NCBI GenBank assembly: GCA_041287635.1
Contig: JBGGNG010000186.1
Location: 13,211-77,210, forward strand
Origin: Actinomycetota bacterium
GTDB lineage: Bacteria; Actinomycetota; UBA4738; HRBIN12
Length of the DNA: 64,000 nucleotides
Reading direction: 5' to 3'
The notes below the pieces were generated by a model. The model had not been told where the DNA came from. It saw nothing but the letters and a program-made list of their open reading frames with translations, and did no database searches. Positions 46,993 to 59,487 of the stretch are shown one piece after another; position 1 is the stretch's first letter; each line of letters begins with the position of its first letter. Both the position numbers and the translations under genes were made by a program.

Positions 46993-49500
46993 ATGGGCGC
47001 GACCACGGTGGCAGCACCTGCGAGGACGGCCGATCATCGGCTGAGCGCCCACGAGCGGGGCCGCCGGATCGCCCTGGCGGTCGTCGGTCCGGCGGTCATC
47101 GTCGCCGGAGTGCTGTTCGCCTTGCGGGGCTTCGTGTTCGCCGATCGGCTGAGCGATGCGCACCCCGACATCCTCACGTTCTGGCTCCCGCGGTTCTCGT
47201 TCCTCGGTCGATCGATCGCGGCCGGGCACGTGCCGGTGTGGAACCCGTTCGAGATGGCGGGCTACCGCTACGCCGCGGACCCCCAGGGGGGGTGGCTCTA
47301 CCTGCTGCCGATGGGGTTGTTCTCCTGGCTCTCCCCCGCCGTGGCGATGCGTGCCTTCATCGTCGCCAATCCGCTGATCGCCGGGCTCGGCCTCTTCGCG
47401 TTCCTGCGGATCGAACGCTGCTCTCGTCTCGCGGCGACAGCCGGAGGGCTCTCACTCGCGATGCTGATGTCCAGCTCGGAGATGGCGATCTCGATGCCGT
47501 TCGCGGGTGCGATGGCGTGGTCCAGCGTGGCGTTGGTCGGTGCCGCCGGCTATCGGCGCAGCCGACGATGGTCGGCGAGGGTCGCGTGGATCGCCCTGGG
47601 GGCCTTGGGTTGGTCCCAGGTCGCCACCGCCCACCTGAGCCATGGCCTCGTGGTGTGCACGGCGCTGCTCACCGCCTACCTGGTCGCCGGCGCCGTGTTC
47701 GACGTCATCGGATCGCGCGTGCCGGAGGGAGACGCACACGAGCACCCCTCGAGCCCCCCTCGGCTCGCGCTCGTGAGCGGTGGCCGAGCAGCGCTCTTCC
47801 TCGCCGCGATGCCCCTCCTCTCGCTGGCGATCCTGCTCCCCCGCATGGATGCCCTCGAGGCGTCGAGCCTGGCGACGGGCTACGACCGGCTCGGGGACGC
47901 GATCGGCACGCTCGGTGGGAGCGACACCGGCTCGATCCAGGCCAACGGGGTCTGGGCCGCGTGGCCGCTCGCCTTCGGTGCCACGCCCGGCGCCTACGCC
48001 GGAGCGACGATCCTGCTCGGCGTCCCACTTGCCCTGCGTGCGCGCCGGCGCCGCGCCGTGGTGTGGGCGTTCGGTGGGGCGCTCGTGATCACCTGGATCC
48101 TGATGCTCGACGCGGTCGTCACCACGGCCTTCATCCGCGATGTCTTCCTCCGCATCCCGTTCGGCGACGTTTACCTGCACAACCCCGGGCGCATGCGCTA
48201 CCTCGCCGTGATCGCAGTGCCGGTGCTCGGAGCGGTCGGCATCCAGGGCCTGCGCGACGAGCCGCTCACACCACGCCACGCGATCCGCTGGCTCGCGGCG
48301 GGGGCATTCCTCTGGCTCGGGGTGCCGTTGCTCGCGTTCGCGAACCCACTGCGGTTCATCGTGCTCGCGCTCGGGCTGACGGCCGGAGCGTGGGCGCTGT
48401 TCCAGCTCGCGACGAGGCGCCGCCCGTGGGCATTCGTCGCGGTGGGCTCGATCCTGGCCCTCGAGCTCGTCATGAGCGCGGTCTTCTCCCAGCTCACGCC
48501 CCCCGGCGACACGATCCTGTTGAACCTGGAGGCCGGGGCGCACCCGAACCTGATCCCCCAACCGCTCCCCCTGCCGAGTGTCGACGCCTCCGCCTTCGTT
48601 GCACCGACCGCGTTCGTGCCCCTCCTGGCGGCGACCCACGATCGCTACCTCACGTGGGCGCCGCCGGCCTCGTCGTTCGAGAAGGGCTACCTGTTCATGC
48701 AGCTCGAGCCCGACTGGCCGGCCCTCGCGATGGAGCGCGGCACGCTGTTCGGCCTCCACGACACCCTCGGGTACAACCCGGTGCAGCTGCGCCGCTACTG
48801 GGACTACATCCGGGTGCGCTCCCCCCTGCCCGTCTTCTACAACGCGTCGGTGATCGACGTCCCGATGCTCCGCGACGTGCGGCTGCTCGGGGTCCGCTAC
48901 CTCGTGGTGCCGACCGGCGTCGGATCGCCTCTCGAGGGAGACGTCGTCGACCGGGCCCAGGGGTACGATCTCGTCGAGGTCCAGGGGTGGCAGCCGAGGG
49001 TCTCGGTCGTGCCCAACTTCCGCACGGTCCCCACGGTGACCGGCACCCTGCGCACGATCCTCCCCCCGACCTTCGATCCAGCCCGGCTCGCCGTTGTGGA
49101 GTCCTACCCCGGCATCGAACCCACTCCCGACGCCGGACCCGGCGAGGCCACGTACCGTGAGGATGCCCCCGAAGACGTGCGGATCGACGTTCGGGCGACC
49201 GCTCCCTCGATCGTCGTCGTGCGCACGACGTTCGACGACGGCTGGGAGGCGACGGTCGACGGCGAGCCGGCAGACGTCGTCCCCGTCGACGGCTTCCTCC
49301 AGGGGGTCGCGGTGTCCGCCGGTGAGCACGACGTGCGGCTCACCTACCGTGATGCGGCCGTATCGGCCGGCGTCAGAGCGGGACTCACGGCGTGGACCGC
49401 GCTCGCCCTCAGCGCGCTCATCGCGTTCTTCGTGGAACGCCTGCGCGCCCGTCGCGTCACTCCGACGACGACGCTCGGTGACGCAGCTCGGCCTCGATGA
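46993..49500 (+). CDS. YfhO-family polytopic membrane protein (GT-C glycosyltransferase-like)
   Basis: [10 protein letters not shown]...ADPQ, many TM helices, [18 protein letters not shown]...GEHDVRLTY. Confidence 0.8.
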   Translation: MGATTVAAPARTADHRLSAHERGRRIALAVVGPAVIVAGVLFALRGFVFADRLSDAHPDILTFWLPRFSFLGRSIAAGHVPVWNPFEMAGYRYAADPQGGWLYLLPMGLFSWLSPAVAMRAFIVANPLIAGLGLFAFLRIERCSRLAATAGGLSLAMLMSSSEMAISMPFAGAMAWSSVALVGAAGYRRSRRWSARVAWIALGALGWSQVATAHLSHGLVVCTALLTAYLVAGAVFDVIGSRVPEGDAHEHPSSPPRLALVSGGRAALFLAAMPLLSLAILLPRMDALEASSLATGYDRLGDAIGTLGGSDTGSIQANGVWAAWPLAFGATPGAYAGATILLGVPLALRARRRRAVVWAFGGALVITWILMLDAVVTTAFIRDVFLRIPFGDVYLHNPGRMRYLAVIAVPVLGAVGIQGLRDEPLTPRHAIRWLAAGAFLWLGVPLLAFANPLRFIVLALGLTAGAWALFQLATRRRPWAFVAVGSILALELVMSAVFSQLTPPGDTILLNLEAGAHPNLIPQPLPLPSVDASAFVAPTAFVPLLAATHDRYLTWAPPASSFEKGYLFMQLEPDWPALAMERGTLFGLHDTLGYNPVQLRRYWDYIRVRSPLPVFYNASVIDVPMLRDVRLLGVRYLVVPTGVGSPLEGDVVDRAQGYDLVEVQGWQPRVSVVPNFRTVPTVTGTLRTILPPTFDPARLAVVESYPGIEPTPDAGPGEATYREDAPEDVRIDVRATAPSIVVVRTTFDDGWEATVDGEPADVVPVDGFLQGVAVSAGEHDVRLTYRDAAVSAGVRAGLTAWTALALSALIAFFVERLRARRVTPTTTLGDAARPR

Positions 49501-50567
49501 ACCGGTCGATGTCGCCGTCGAGCACCCGCTGTGGATCCCCGATCTCCTCGTCGGTGCGGTGGTCCTTGACCATCTGATACGGCGCGAGCACGTAAGAACG
49601 GATCTGCGACCCGAAGTCGACGGCCTTGCGCTCACCTCTGATCGAGTCCATCTCCTGCTCTCGCTTCTGTCGCTCCTGCTCGGCGAGCCGAGCCTTCAGG
49701 ATGCGCATCGCCACGGCCTTGTTCTGCAGCTGCGATCGCTCGTTCTGGCACGCGGCCACGAGGCCGGTCGGGATATGGGTGATGCGCACCGCCGAGTCGG
49801 TCGTGTTGACTGACTGACCGCCGGGCCCGCTCTAGCGATACACGTCGATGCGCAGCTCGTCCGGCGGGATCTCGATCTCCTCCTCGTCGGCTGCCTCGAG
49901 CATCGGGATCACGTCGAGCGAGGCGAACGACGTGTGACGCCGCTTCTGCGCGTCGAACGGGCTGATGCGCACGAGGCGATGCACCCCGCGCTCGGCCGAT
50001 AACTGGCCGTACACGTTCGTGCCGCGCACGGTGAACGTCGCGGACTTGATGCCCGCCTCGTCGCCGTGCTGCATGTCGTCGACCTCGGCGTCGAACCCCT
50101 CCCGCTCGGCCCAGCGCGTGTACATGCGCAGCAGCATCTCCGCCCAGTCCTGGCTCTCGGTGCCTCCGGCGCCCGCGTTGATCGTGGCGATCGCGTCGGC
50201 GGCGTCGTAGGGCCCGGAGAGCAGGGCGGCGAGCTCGAGCTTGTCGACGTCGGCCTCGAGCCCGGCGACCGAGGAGACCAGCTCACGGGCGAGATCGCGA
50301 TCGGTTTCGTCGGCCAGGAGCTCGTCGATCGCCACGGCGTCGTCGACGCGGGCGATCAGCCCGTCGTAGCGGGCGACATCGTCGTTCAGGCGGGAGAGCT
50401 TCGACGTGATCTGCTGGGCACGCTGCTGGTCGTCCCAGAGCGCGGGATCGCTCGCCTGACGTTCGAGCTCCTCGAGTTGGGCACGCTTGCCGTCGACGTC
50501 AAAGGAACTCCTTGGCGGCCAGGACCCGCTCCCGGAGCTTCTGCAGGCGCTCGGTGTGCTCGCTCAT
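49457..50567 (-). CDS. prfB: Peptide chain release factor 2, with programmed +1 frameshift at 50501 and an in-frame TAG at 49834-49832
   Basis: [15 protein letters not shown] (RF2 SPF motif), [29 protein letters not shown]; AAGGAG-TTC-CTT-TGA-C shift site. Confidence 0.93.
50498..50513 (-). other. RF2 autoregulatory +1 frameshift cassette
   Basis: Internal SD AAGGAG, 3 nt, CTT TGA C after codon 22; the +1 frame continues DVDGKRA into RF2. Confidence 0.93.
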
Positions 50568-50612
50568 CGCGCCGCGCATCGTAGCAGCGGTCCTGCGCTA
50601 CGGTGGCCGCCG

Positions 50613-51083
50613 ATGATACGACCCCTCGACCCGGTCCGTGACGCCGATGCCTGTGATGCGATCGTGAGCGGGTTGCCCGACTGGTTCGGCGTTGCCGAGG
50701 GCATCGAGGATTGCGCGGCCGCCGTCCGCAGCCATGACGGCCTGGTCGCGAGCGACGAGATCGGTGTGAGCGGCTTTCTCACGTATGAGCGTCGCGCGAG
50801 CACCTGGTGGGAGATCACGTGGATCGCCACCCGCGCCGACCGTCGTGGAACCGGCGTCGGCACGCGTCTCATCGGTGAGCTGATCGGCGGGTTGCCCGAC
50901 GACGCTCAGGCCGTGCTGGTCAAGACCCTCTCGGATCGAGACGGCGACCCAGGCCCCGAGTACACCGCGACCCGAGCCTTCTACCTCGCGCGGGGGTTCG
51001 TCCCGGTCGCCGAGCTGGACATCTGGGGGCCGGAGAACCCATGCCAGGTGCTGGCTCGCCGGGTGGCGCGCCCGGCGGGATGA
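50613..51083 (+). CDS. GNAT acetyltransferase
   Basis: LPDWFG, RRGTGVG, VKTL, TRAFY...GF.PV.E, W..ENP. Confidence 0.85.
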   Translation: MIRPLDPVRDADACDAIVSGLPDWFGVAEGIEDCAAAVRSHDGLVASDEIGVSGFLTYERRASTWWEITWIATRADRRGTGVGTRLIGELIGGLPDDAQAVLVKTLSDRDGDPGPEYTATRAFYLARGFVPVAELDIWGPENPCQVLARRVARPAG

Positions 51084-52465
51084 GTACGACGCCGAACCTG
51101 CGGCTCCGGTCAGACCAGGGCCGCCGCACGCTGGCCGCGACGATCGTGGGCTCCGGCATGGTGTTCCTGGACAGCACCGTGGTCAACGTCGCGATGCCGG
51201 CGATCCGTCGTGACCTCGATACCGACCTCGCCGGGCTGCAGTGGGTGGTCACCGGGTACCTGCTGACGCTCGGAGCGCTGCTGTTGATCGGCGGCGCGCT
51301 CGGCGACCTCCGTGGCCGCCGGAAGGTGTTCCTCGCAGGGCTGCTGCTCTTCACGCTCGCCTCGGCGCTGTGCGCCGCCGCACCGACGCTCGAGGTGTTG
51401 ATCCTCGCCCGGGTCCTGCAGGGGGTCGGCGGCGCGATGCTCGTGCCCCAGAGCCTGGCGATCGTCACCGCAGCCTTCTGCGACGAGGACCGCGGCGCAG
51501 CGATCGGGGCCTGGTCGGGACTCTCGGGGCTCTCGACGGCGATCGGACCGTTCATCGGGGGCTACCTGGTCGACGCCTGGTCGTGGCGGTGGGCGTTCCT
51601 GCTCAACGTGCCCCTGGCCGCTGTGACGTGGTGGCTCGCGCGAGCGATCCCCGAGACCCGGGACACCGATGCCAACCCCCGGCTCGACGTGCCGGGGGCG
51701 ATCACGGTCACCCTCGGCCTCGCCGGCGTGGTCTACGCGCTGATCGAGGGTCCGGTCCGTGGCTTCGGGACACCGGCGATCGTGTTCGCGGGCGTCGTGG
51801 GAGCGGCGCTGCTCGTGGCGTTCGTCGCGATCGAGCGGCGGAGTTCGTCGCCGATGGTGCCGCTGAGACTCTTCCGGTCCCGGAGGTTCACCGGCGCCAA
51901 CCTCACGACGTTCACGGTGTACGCGGCGCTCGGGGCCGGGTTCTTCTTCGTCTCGCTGCAGCTACAGACCGTGCTCGGGTACTCGGCCCTGGAAGCGGGC
52001 GCCGCGAGCCTGCCGATCACCGTGCTGCTCGCAGTCCTCTCGACGCGGAGCGGACGGCTGGCCCAGCGCATCGGGCCGCGCCCACAGATGACGGTCGGCC
52101 CCCTCGTGGCGGCGGTCGGTTACCTGCTGCTGTCGCGGGTGGACGTCGGCACGACGTACTGGACCGGCGTCTTCCCCGGCATGGTCGTCTTCGGCCTCGG
52201 GCTCGCGATCACCGTGGCCCCATTGGTCGGCGCCGTGCTGATGTCGGTCGAGGACCGCTACACGGGCACGGCATCGGGCATCAACAACGCCGTGTCACGC
52301 GTGGCACAGCTGCTCGCGATCGCCCTGTTGCCGTTCGCGGCCGGGCTCGCCGGCGTGGAGGTGGGCACCGAGGCGTTCGCCGACGGTTACGCCCGCGCGA
52401 CGCTGATGACGTCGGGACTGCTCGCGATCGGCGGCGTGACGGCGTGGCTCACCGTCGGTGAGTGA
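51080..52465 (+). CDS. DHA2-type MFS transporter
   Basis: DSTVVNVA, LGDLRGRRK, GPFIGG, WRWAFLLNVP, ASGINNAVSR. Confidence 0.9.
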   Translation: MSTTPNLRLRSDQGRRTLAATIVGSGMVFLDSTVVNVAMPAIRRDLDTDLAGLQWVVTGYLLTLGALLLIGGALGDLRGRRKVFLAGLLLFTLASALCAAAPTLEVLILARVLQGVGGAMLVPQSLAIVTAAFCDEDRGAAIGAWSGLSGLSTAIGPFIGGYLVDAWSWRWAFLLNVPLAAVTWWLARAIPETRDTDANPRLDVPGAITVTLGLAGVVYALIEGPVRGFGTPAIVFAGVVGAALLVAFVAIERRSSSPMVPLRLFRSRRFTGANLTTFTVYAALGAGFFFVSLQLQTVLGYSALEAGAASLPITVLLAVLSTRSGRLAQRIGPRPQMTVGPLVAAVGYLLLSRVDVGTTYWTGVFPGMVVFGLGLAITVAPLVGAVLMSVEDRYTGTASGINNAVSRVAQLLAIALLPFAAGLAGVEVGTEAFADGYARATLMTSGLLAIGGVTAWLTVGE

Positions 52466-52474
52466 GGACGTCGG

Positions 52475-55195
<2,721 letters not shown>

Positions 55196-55278
55196 GTGGG
55201 TCCCTTCGGCGCCGTGGGGGTCGGACGGTCAGGGTTCGATTCTATCGGCCCCGGGGTTCTCGCTCCCGCTGGGGGTGC

Positions 55279-56928
55279 TCAGATCGGGTCGGTCAGCGCG
55301 CCGAGTCGTTCGATCAACCGCCCGTTCTCGGCGTAGTCGACCGGGCAGGCCACGATCGAGACGGCGTCGTCGTCGAACGCCTTGCGCAGCGTCGGCGCCA
55401 ACTCGTCCGCCGAGCCGATCTCGTAGCCCATGGCTCCGAAGCTCTCCGCGAGCTTCACGAAGTCGGGATTCGTGAACGAGACGGCCGCCCGCCGTCCGAA
55501 GTGGATGTCCTGCTTCCAGCCGATGAGGCCGTACCCGCCGTCGACCCACACGAGCACAACGATGTGCACGCCCTCGCGCACCGCGGTCTCGATCTCGGCC
55601 ATGCTCATCGCGAAGGCCCCGTCCCCCATCGCCGCCAGCACCTTCCGGTCGGGATGCACGAGCTTCGCGGCGATCGCACCGGGCAGGGAGAACGCCATCG
55701 TCGCGAGGCCGTTCGAGACCAGGCAGGTGCCCGGTCGGTGCGTCGGGTACAGGCGCGCCATCCACATCTTCACCGCGCCCGTGTCGCACAGCACGATGTC
55801 GTCGTCCTCGAGCACCGATCTGATGTCGGAGACCACGCGGGCGGGAGCCATCGGGAACGTGTCGTCGGCCGCGCCTCGCTCGAGCTCTTCCCGCACGAGA
55901 TCGCGCACCGGGAAGATCTCTCCTCGGAGCTGTTGCACGATGCTGGACTCGCCGATCGCGTCGAGCGTCTCGCCGATGCTGCCTTGCAACCCGACGGCGA
56001 GTGTGTAGTGAGCATCGACCTCGGCCACCGTGCGATGCACGTGCACGATCTGCTTGTCGGCCATCGGGTTCCATCGCACGGGTGAGTACTCGACGAGGTC
56101 GTAGCCGACGGCCACCACCACGTCGGCTCGGTCGAACCCGAAGTTCACGTAGTCCTTCACCATGAATCCGATCGTGCCGAGCGCGTTCGGGTGGCTATCG
56201 GGGAACACCCCCTTACCGAGGAAGGTCGTCGCAACGGGAAGGTTGAGACGTTCGCTGAAGCGGATCAACGCCTCGGCCGCGCCGTCGCGCGCCACCCCCG
56301 GGCCTGCGAGCACGACCGGGTGCTTCGCGCTCGCGAGCACCTGAGCCGCCCGCCGGACCTGGTTCTCGTCGGGCGAGGGATCGACCGGCGTGTTCACGGG
56401 GAGCACCCGGGCATCGGTCGCCCGTTCGGCGACGTCCTCGGGAAGCACGATGAACGTTGCGCCGGGCGGCTCGGTCGTGGCCTGCTTGAAGGCCTTGCGC
56501 ACCATCTCCGGCGCGGCCACGCGCACCGTGACCATGTCGCCCCACTTCGTGATCGGGCGGAAGAGCGAGACGAGGTCGACGAACTGGTGCGATTCCTTGT
56601 AGATCCGATCGAGGCTCGCCTGCGCGACGAGCGCGACCAGCGGATGCGAGTCGAGCTGGGCGTTCGCGACCCCGAGCATCAGGTTGATCGCGCCGGGACC
56701 GAGGGTCGCCAGGCAGACGCCGGGCCTGCCGGTGAGCGCACCGTACGTGTCGGCCATGAACGCAGCGCCGCGCTCATCTCGGGTGGTGACGAAGCGGATC
56801 GAGCTGTCGGCGAGGGCATCGATCGTGTGGAGGTTCTCCTCGCCGGGGAGGCCGAAGACGATCTCGACGCCCTCGTTCTCGAGGCATTCGACGATCACGC
56901 GAGCAACGGTGCGAGCCGAAGCGCTCAT
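55279..56928 (-). CDS. Acetolactate synthase large subunit-like ThDP enzyme
   Basis: FGLPGEE, TLGPGA.N, ESHQ, GDGAF, NPDF; no small subunit adjacent. Confidence 0.88.
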   Translation of the reverse strand: MSASARTVARVIVECLENEGVEIVFGLPGEENLHTIDALADSSIRFVTTRDERGAAFMADTYGALTGRPGVCLATLGPGAINLMLGVANAQLDSHPLVALVAQASLDRIYKESHQFVDLVSLFRPITKWGDMVTVRVAAPEMVRKAFKQATTEPPGATFIVLPEDVAERATDARVLPVNTPVDPSPDENQVRRAAQVLASAKHPVVLAGPGVARDGAAEALIRFSERLNLPVATTFLGKGVFPDSHPNALGTIGFMVKDYVNFGFDRADVVVAVGYDLVEYSPVRWNPMADKQIVHVHRTVAEVDAHYTLAVGLQGSIGETLDAIGESSIVQQLRGEIFPVRDLVREELERGAADDTFPMAPARVVSDIRSVLEDDDIVLCDTGAVKMWMARLYPTHRPGTCLVSNGLATMAFSLPGAIAAKLVHPDRKVLAAMGDGAFAMSMAEIETAVREGVHIVVLVWVDGGYGLIGWKQDIHFGRRAAVSFTNPDFVKLAESFGAMGYEIGSADELAPTLRKAFDDDAVSIVACPVDYAENGRLIERLGALTDPI

Positions 56929-56952
56929 GTCGCCAGCGTATCGGACGCTCGT

Positions 56953-57414
56953 CTAGAGAAGCTGACGGGTGAGCTGGGCATGACCCACGTGCTCGCGCAG
57001 GTGTTCCAGCGCGTGGAGTAGGGCCCAGGCCCATGTCACCGGCTCGCCGGGGCCGTCGGTGCGCCAAGGAGCCGTGCCGGTCGCGCCCGGGTCGAAGCCG
57101 ACGTCACCCTCGAGCAACTCCCTGCACTCCCCGGCGATCGCGTCGAACCGCCCCATGAACGCATCCGCGTCGTCGACCACGACCAGGAACTCGGCCGGCC
57201 GGTCGCGTTCGGGCAGTGGGGCGCCGGTCGCGAGGCTGAGCCAGGACCGGGTGCTGAGCGTCGCGTGGGTCACGAGCACCGCGAGCCCGTTCGTATCGCC
57301 GTCGGTCGGGCGCCGGTTCAGCTCCTCGGCGGTACAACCATCGACGGCCGTCCGCAGCTCGTCGAGCGAGTCGTCCAGGAGTTCACGGGCCGCCTGGATC
57401 GTCGGGTCGGTCAC
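56953..57414 (-). CDS. DinB family protein
   Basis: N.LAVLVTH, RDRPAEF, H.LEH...HVGH. Confidence 0.8.
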   Translation of the reverse strand: MTDPTIQAARELLDDSLDELRTAVDGCTAEELNRRPTDGDTNGLAVLVTHATLSTRSWLSLATGAPLPERDRPAEFLVVVDDADAFMGRFDAIAGECRELLEGDVGFDPGATGTAPWRTDGPGEPVTWAWALLHALEHLREHVGHAQLTRQLL

Positions 57415-57416
57415 GA

Positions 57417-58103
57417 TCAGCTGATCTCGATCATCTTCTCGCGCACGGCGTAGACGACCGCCTCCATGCGCGAGTGCAGATGCAGCTTCTCGAGGATGTT
57501 GCGGATGTGGTTCTTCACCGTGTTCTCGCTGATGAAGAGCTGCTTCGCGATGTCGCGATTGTTGAGGCCCTGCGCGACGAGCCGCAGCACTTCCATCTCG
57601 CGATCGGTCAGCTTGGGCGCGGGCATGCGAGGCTGCTCCTCGGCGGACTTCGACATCGCGGCGAACTCGGTCAACAGCTTCGACGCCATCGAGGGTGAGA
57701 TGCGTGACTGGCCCGCCCAGACGCTGCGGATGGCGTCGGAGACCTCTTCGATCGGGATCTCCTTCAACAGGTACCCGCTGGCCCCCGCCTTGATCGCGTC
57801 GTAGAGGTCGCCTTCCTCGTCGCTGATCGTGAGCATCAGGATCTTGCAGTGCGGCAGGAGATCCTTGATCTGCCCGGCCGCCTCGATGCCGGAACGCTTC
57901 GGCATGCGGACGTCCATCAGCACGACGTCGGGCATCGTCTCCTGGGCGACCTCGACCGCTTCGGCACCGTCGGACGCCTCGCCGACCAACTCGATATCAG
58001 CCTCTTGCTGGAGCACCATCTCGAGCCCGCGCCGGAACAACGCGTGGTCGTCGACCACCATGACCCGCAGTCGCTCGGGCGCCGCACTCGCGTCCTTCGT
58101 CAC
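57417..58103 (-). CDS. Orphan NarL/LuxR-family response regulator
   Basis: VVDDH, LMDVRMP, GYLLK, LTDRE...ISENTVKNHIRNILEKL. Confidence 0.93.
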   Translation of the reverse strand: MTKDASAAPERLRVMVVDDHALFRRGLEMVLQQEADIELVGEASDGAEAVEVAQETMPDVVLMDVRMPKRSGIEAAGQIKDLLPHCKILMLTISDEEGDLYDAIKAGASGYLLKEIPIEEVSDAIRSVWAGQSRISPSMASKLLTEFAAMSKSAEEQPRMPAPKLTDREMEVLRLVAQGLNNRDIAKQLFISENTVKNHIRNILEKLHLHSRMEAVVYAVREKMIEIS

Positions 58104-58486
58104 CGGTCCCCCTCGGTCTCGCCCTCTGCCTCGGTATCGGCAGTCGCAGCGTTCAAGTGAGCGGATTCTAGTGGGCTCTTGTGCACCGAGGCGCGACGCT
58201 TCCCGTGGTGGTCGCGGAGCTGTCGCTCGAGCTTGTCGGCCACCCGGTCGATCGCGGTGGGCACGTCGTCGGCTTCGGCGTGTGCCCGGAAGGTCTTGCG
58301 CGGGATGTGCAATGCCGCCTCGACCCGCTTGACGCCATCGGGGGCGGGGTAGTGCTCGCCGATGAACTCGAGGTCGATCCGAGTGGTCCGTGGCTCCATG
58401 CGCTCCAGGTAAGCGAGTTTGTGGCCGGCGGTCTCCCGGACCTCATCGGTGACCGGGAGCCCTCGGCCCGTGAACGTCAGATCCAT
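58100..58486 (-). CDS. hpf: Ribosome hibernation factor HPF/RaiA (short form, 128 aa)
   Basis: TGRGL.VTD...KL, AID...DKLERQLR..HGK; GAGGAG SD; position between comF and secA. Confidence 0.88.
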   Translation of the reverse strand: MDLTFTGRGLPVTDEVRETAGHKLAYLERMEPRTTRIDLEFIGEHYPAPDGVKRVEAALHIPRKTFRAHAEADDVPTAIDRVADKLERQLRDHHGKRRASVHKSPLESAHLNAATADTEAEGETEGDR

Positions 58487-58517
58487 ACGCGTCGGTCGTC
58501 TCCTCGTTCGGTCGGGC

Positions 58518-58755
58518 GGGCCCTCCACCGGCTGACCTGGTCTTTTCCCCCACACTCGCCTGCGGGAGCGCTCGCCGCCCGGTCGCGAAGGACCGGGCGA
58601 CTCCCACCCTCTCTCGCCCGAAGACGAGGCAGGACTTACATCTAAACCGCGCCATGCTCGGCGACCAAGGGTCGCCTTACGTGGGTCGTTTCGCCCGCGG
58701 CTGGCATCGACTACCGGGGTCGTCCCCGGGCAACCACAGACCCGGACGAGGGCCC
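58518..58755 (-). ncRNA. raiA-motif RNA
   Basis: Conserved blocks TGTGGTTG, AGTCGATGCCAG, AAACGACCCACGTAAG, GAGCATGGCGCGGTTTAGATGTAAGTCCTGCC, GCAGGCGAGTGTGGGG, AAAGACCAGGTCA; ends pair (gggccctc/gagggccc); comF-hpf context. Confidence 0.9.
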
Positions 58756-59450
58756 GGTCGAGTATAGGCAGGTCGATGGGTGCGCAGGAGCGCCCGTGCA
58801 GCCACCAGCAGCGAGACGCGCGACGCTCCGTGCGCGAGCAGAACCTCGGCGCACGCGGCGGCGGTCGCTCCGGTGGTGAGCACGTCGTCGACGAGGAGCA
58901 CATGATCAGGCACGATCGCGCGATCGCGAGCGACGAACGATCCGCGCATCGCCGCTCGCCGCGCCTCAGCATCCCGTTTGGCCTGCGGACCGGTCGCGAC
59001 GACCCGGCGAAGCAGCCGTCGCACCGGAAGCCCGGTCTCCCGGCCGACAGCCACCGCGAGCACCCGCGCCTGATCGAACCCCCGCTCAGCCTTCCGTCGC
59101 CTGGCGAGCGGCACCCATGTCACGACGTCGGCTCCCGGCGGAACGCACGTCGCCATCGCCGCGCCGAGCGCCCGGCCGACGCCTCGCACCCCCCCGTACT
59201 TGAGGTGATGGATCGAGGCTCGAGCCGGCCCCTCGAACGCGAACGGCGCCCGGGCATGCGCGATCTCCCCGGGTGGACACTCGCCGCATCCGGACACCTC
59301 AGCATCGGGGGTCGGGGCGCCACATCGTGCGCACCACGGGGGCGCCAGCGCGCGGAGGCCACGGGCGCATCGCTCACAGAACGGCCACGCGGGCGCGCCA
59401 CACCCCGCGCAGCGCGGCGGGAAGACGACATCGAGCGCCCGGGTCAGCAC
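58677..59450 (-). CDS. comF: ComF family amidophosphoribosyltransferase-like protein
   Basis: Four CxxC motifs, LKY, ERGFDQ, LVDDVLTTGAT. Confidence 0.9.
   Translation of the reverse strand: MLTRALDVVFPPRCAGCGAPAWPFCERCARGLRALAPPWCARCGAPTPDAEVSGCGECPPGEIAHARAPFAFEGPARASIHHLKYGGVRGVGRALGAAMATCVPPGADVVTWVPLARRRKAERGFDQARVLAVAVGRETGLPVRRLLRRVVATGPQAKRDAEARRAAMRGSFVARDRAIVPDHVLLVDDVLTTGATAAACAEVLLAHGASRVSLLVAARALLRTHRPAYTRPGPRPGLWLPGDDPGSRCQPRAKRPT
58761..58766 (-). promoter_or_regulatory. -10 element TATACT for the raiA RNA, inside comF
   Basis: TATACT ends 5 nt before the 5' arm of the closing helix. Confidence 0.65.
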
Positions 59451-59487
59451 GGACCGACGATAGGGCCCGGGTGCGACACGAGGAGTG

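Noticed and set aside
49832-49834. Genome-wide TAG reassignment or pyrrolysine
   Set aside because: TAG ends many genes at their expected C-termini (e.g. 21920, 29744, 31322, 34329, 60117); no pyl genes in the window, and the mttB relic does not cover the Pyl position
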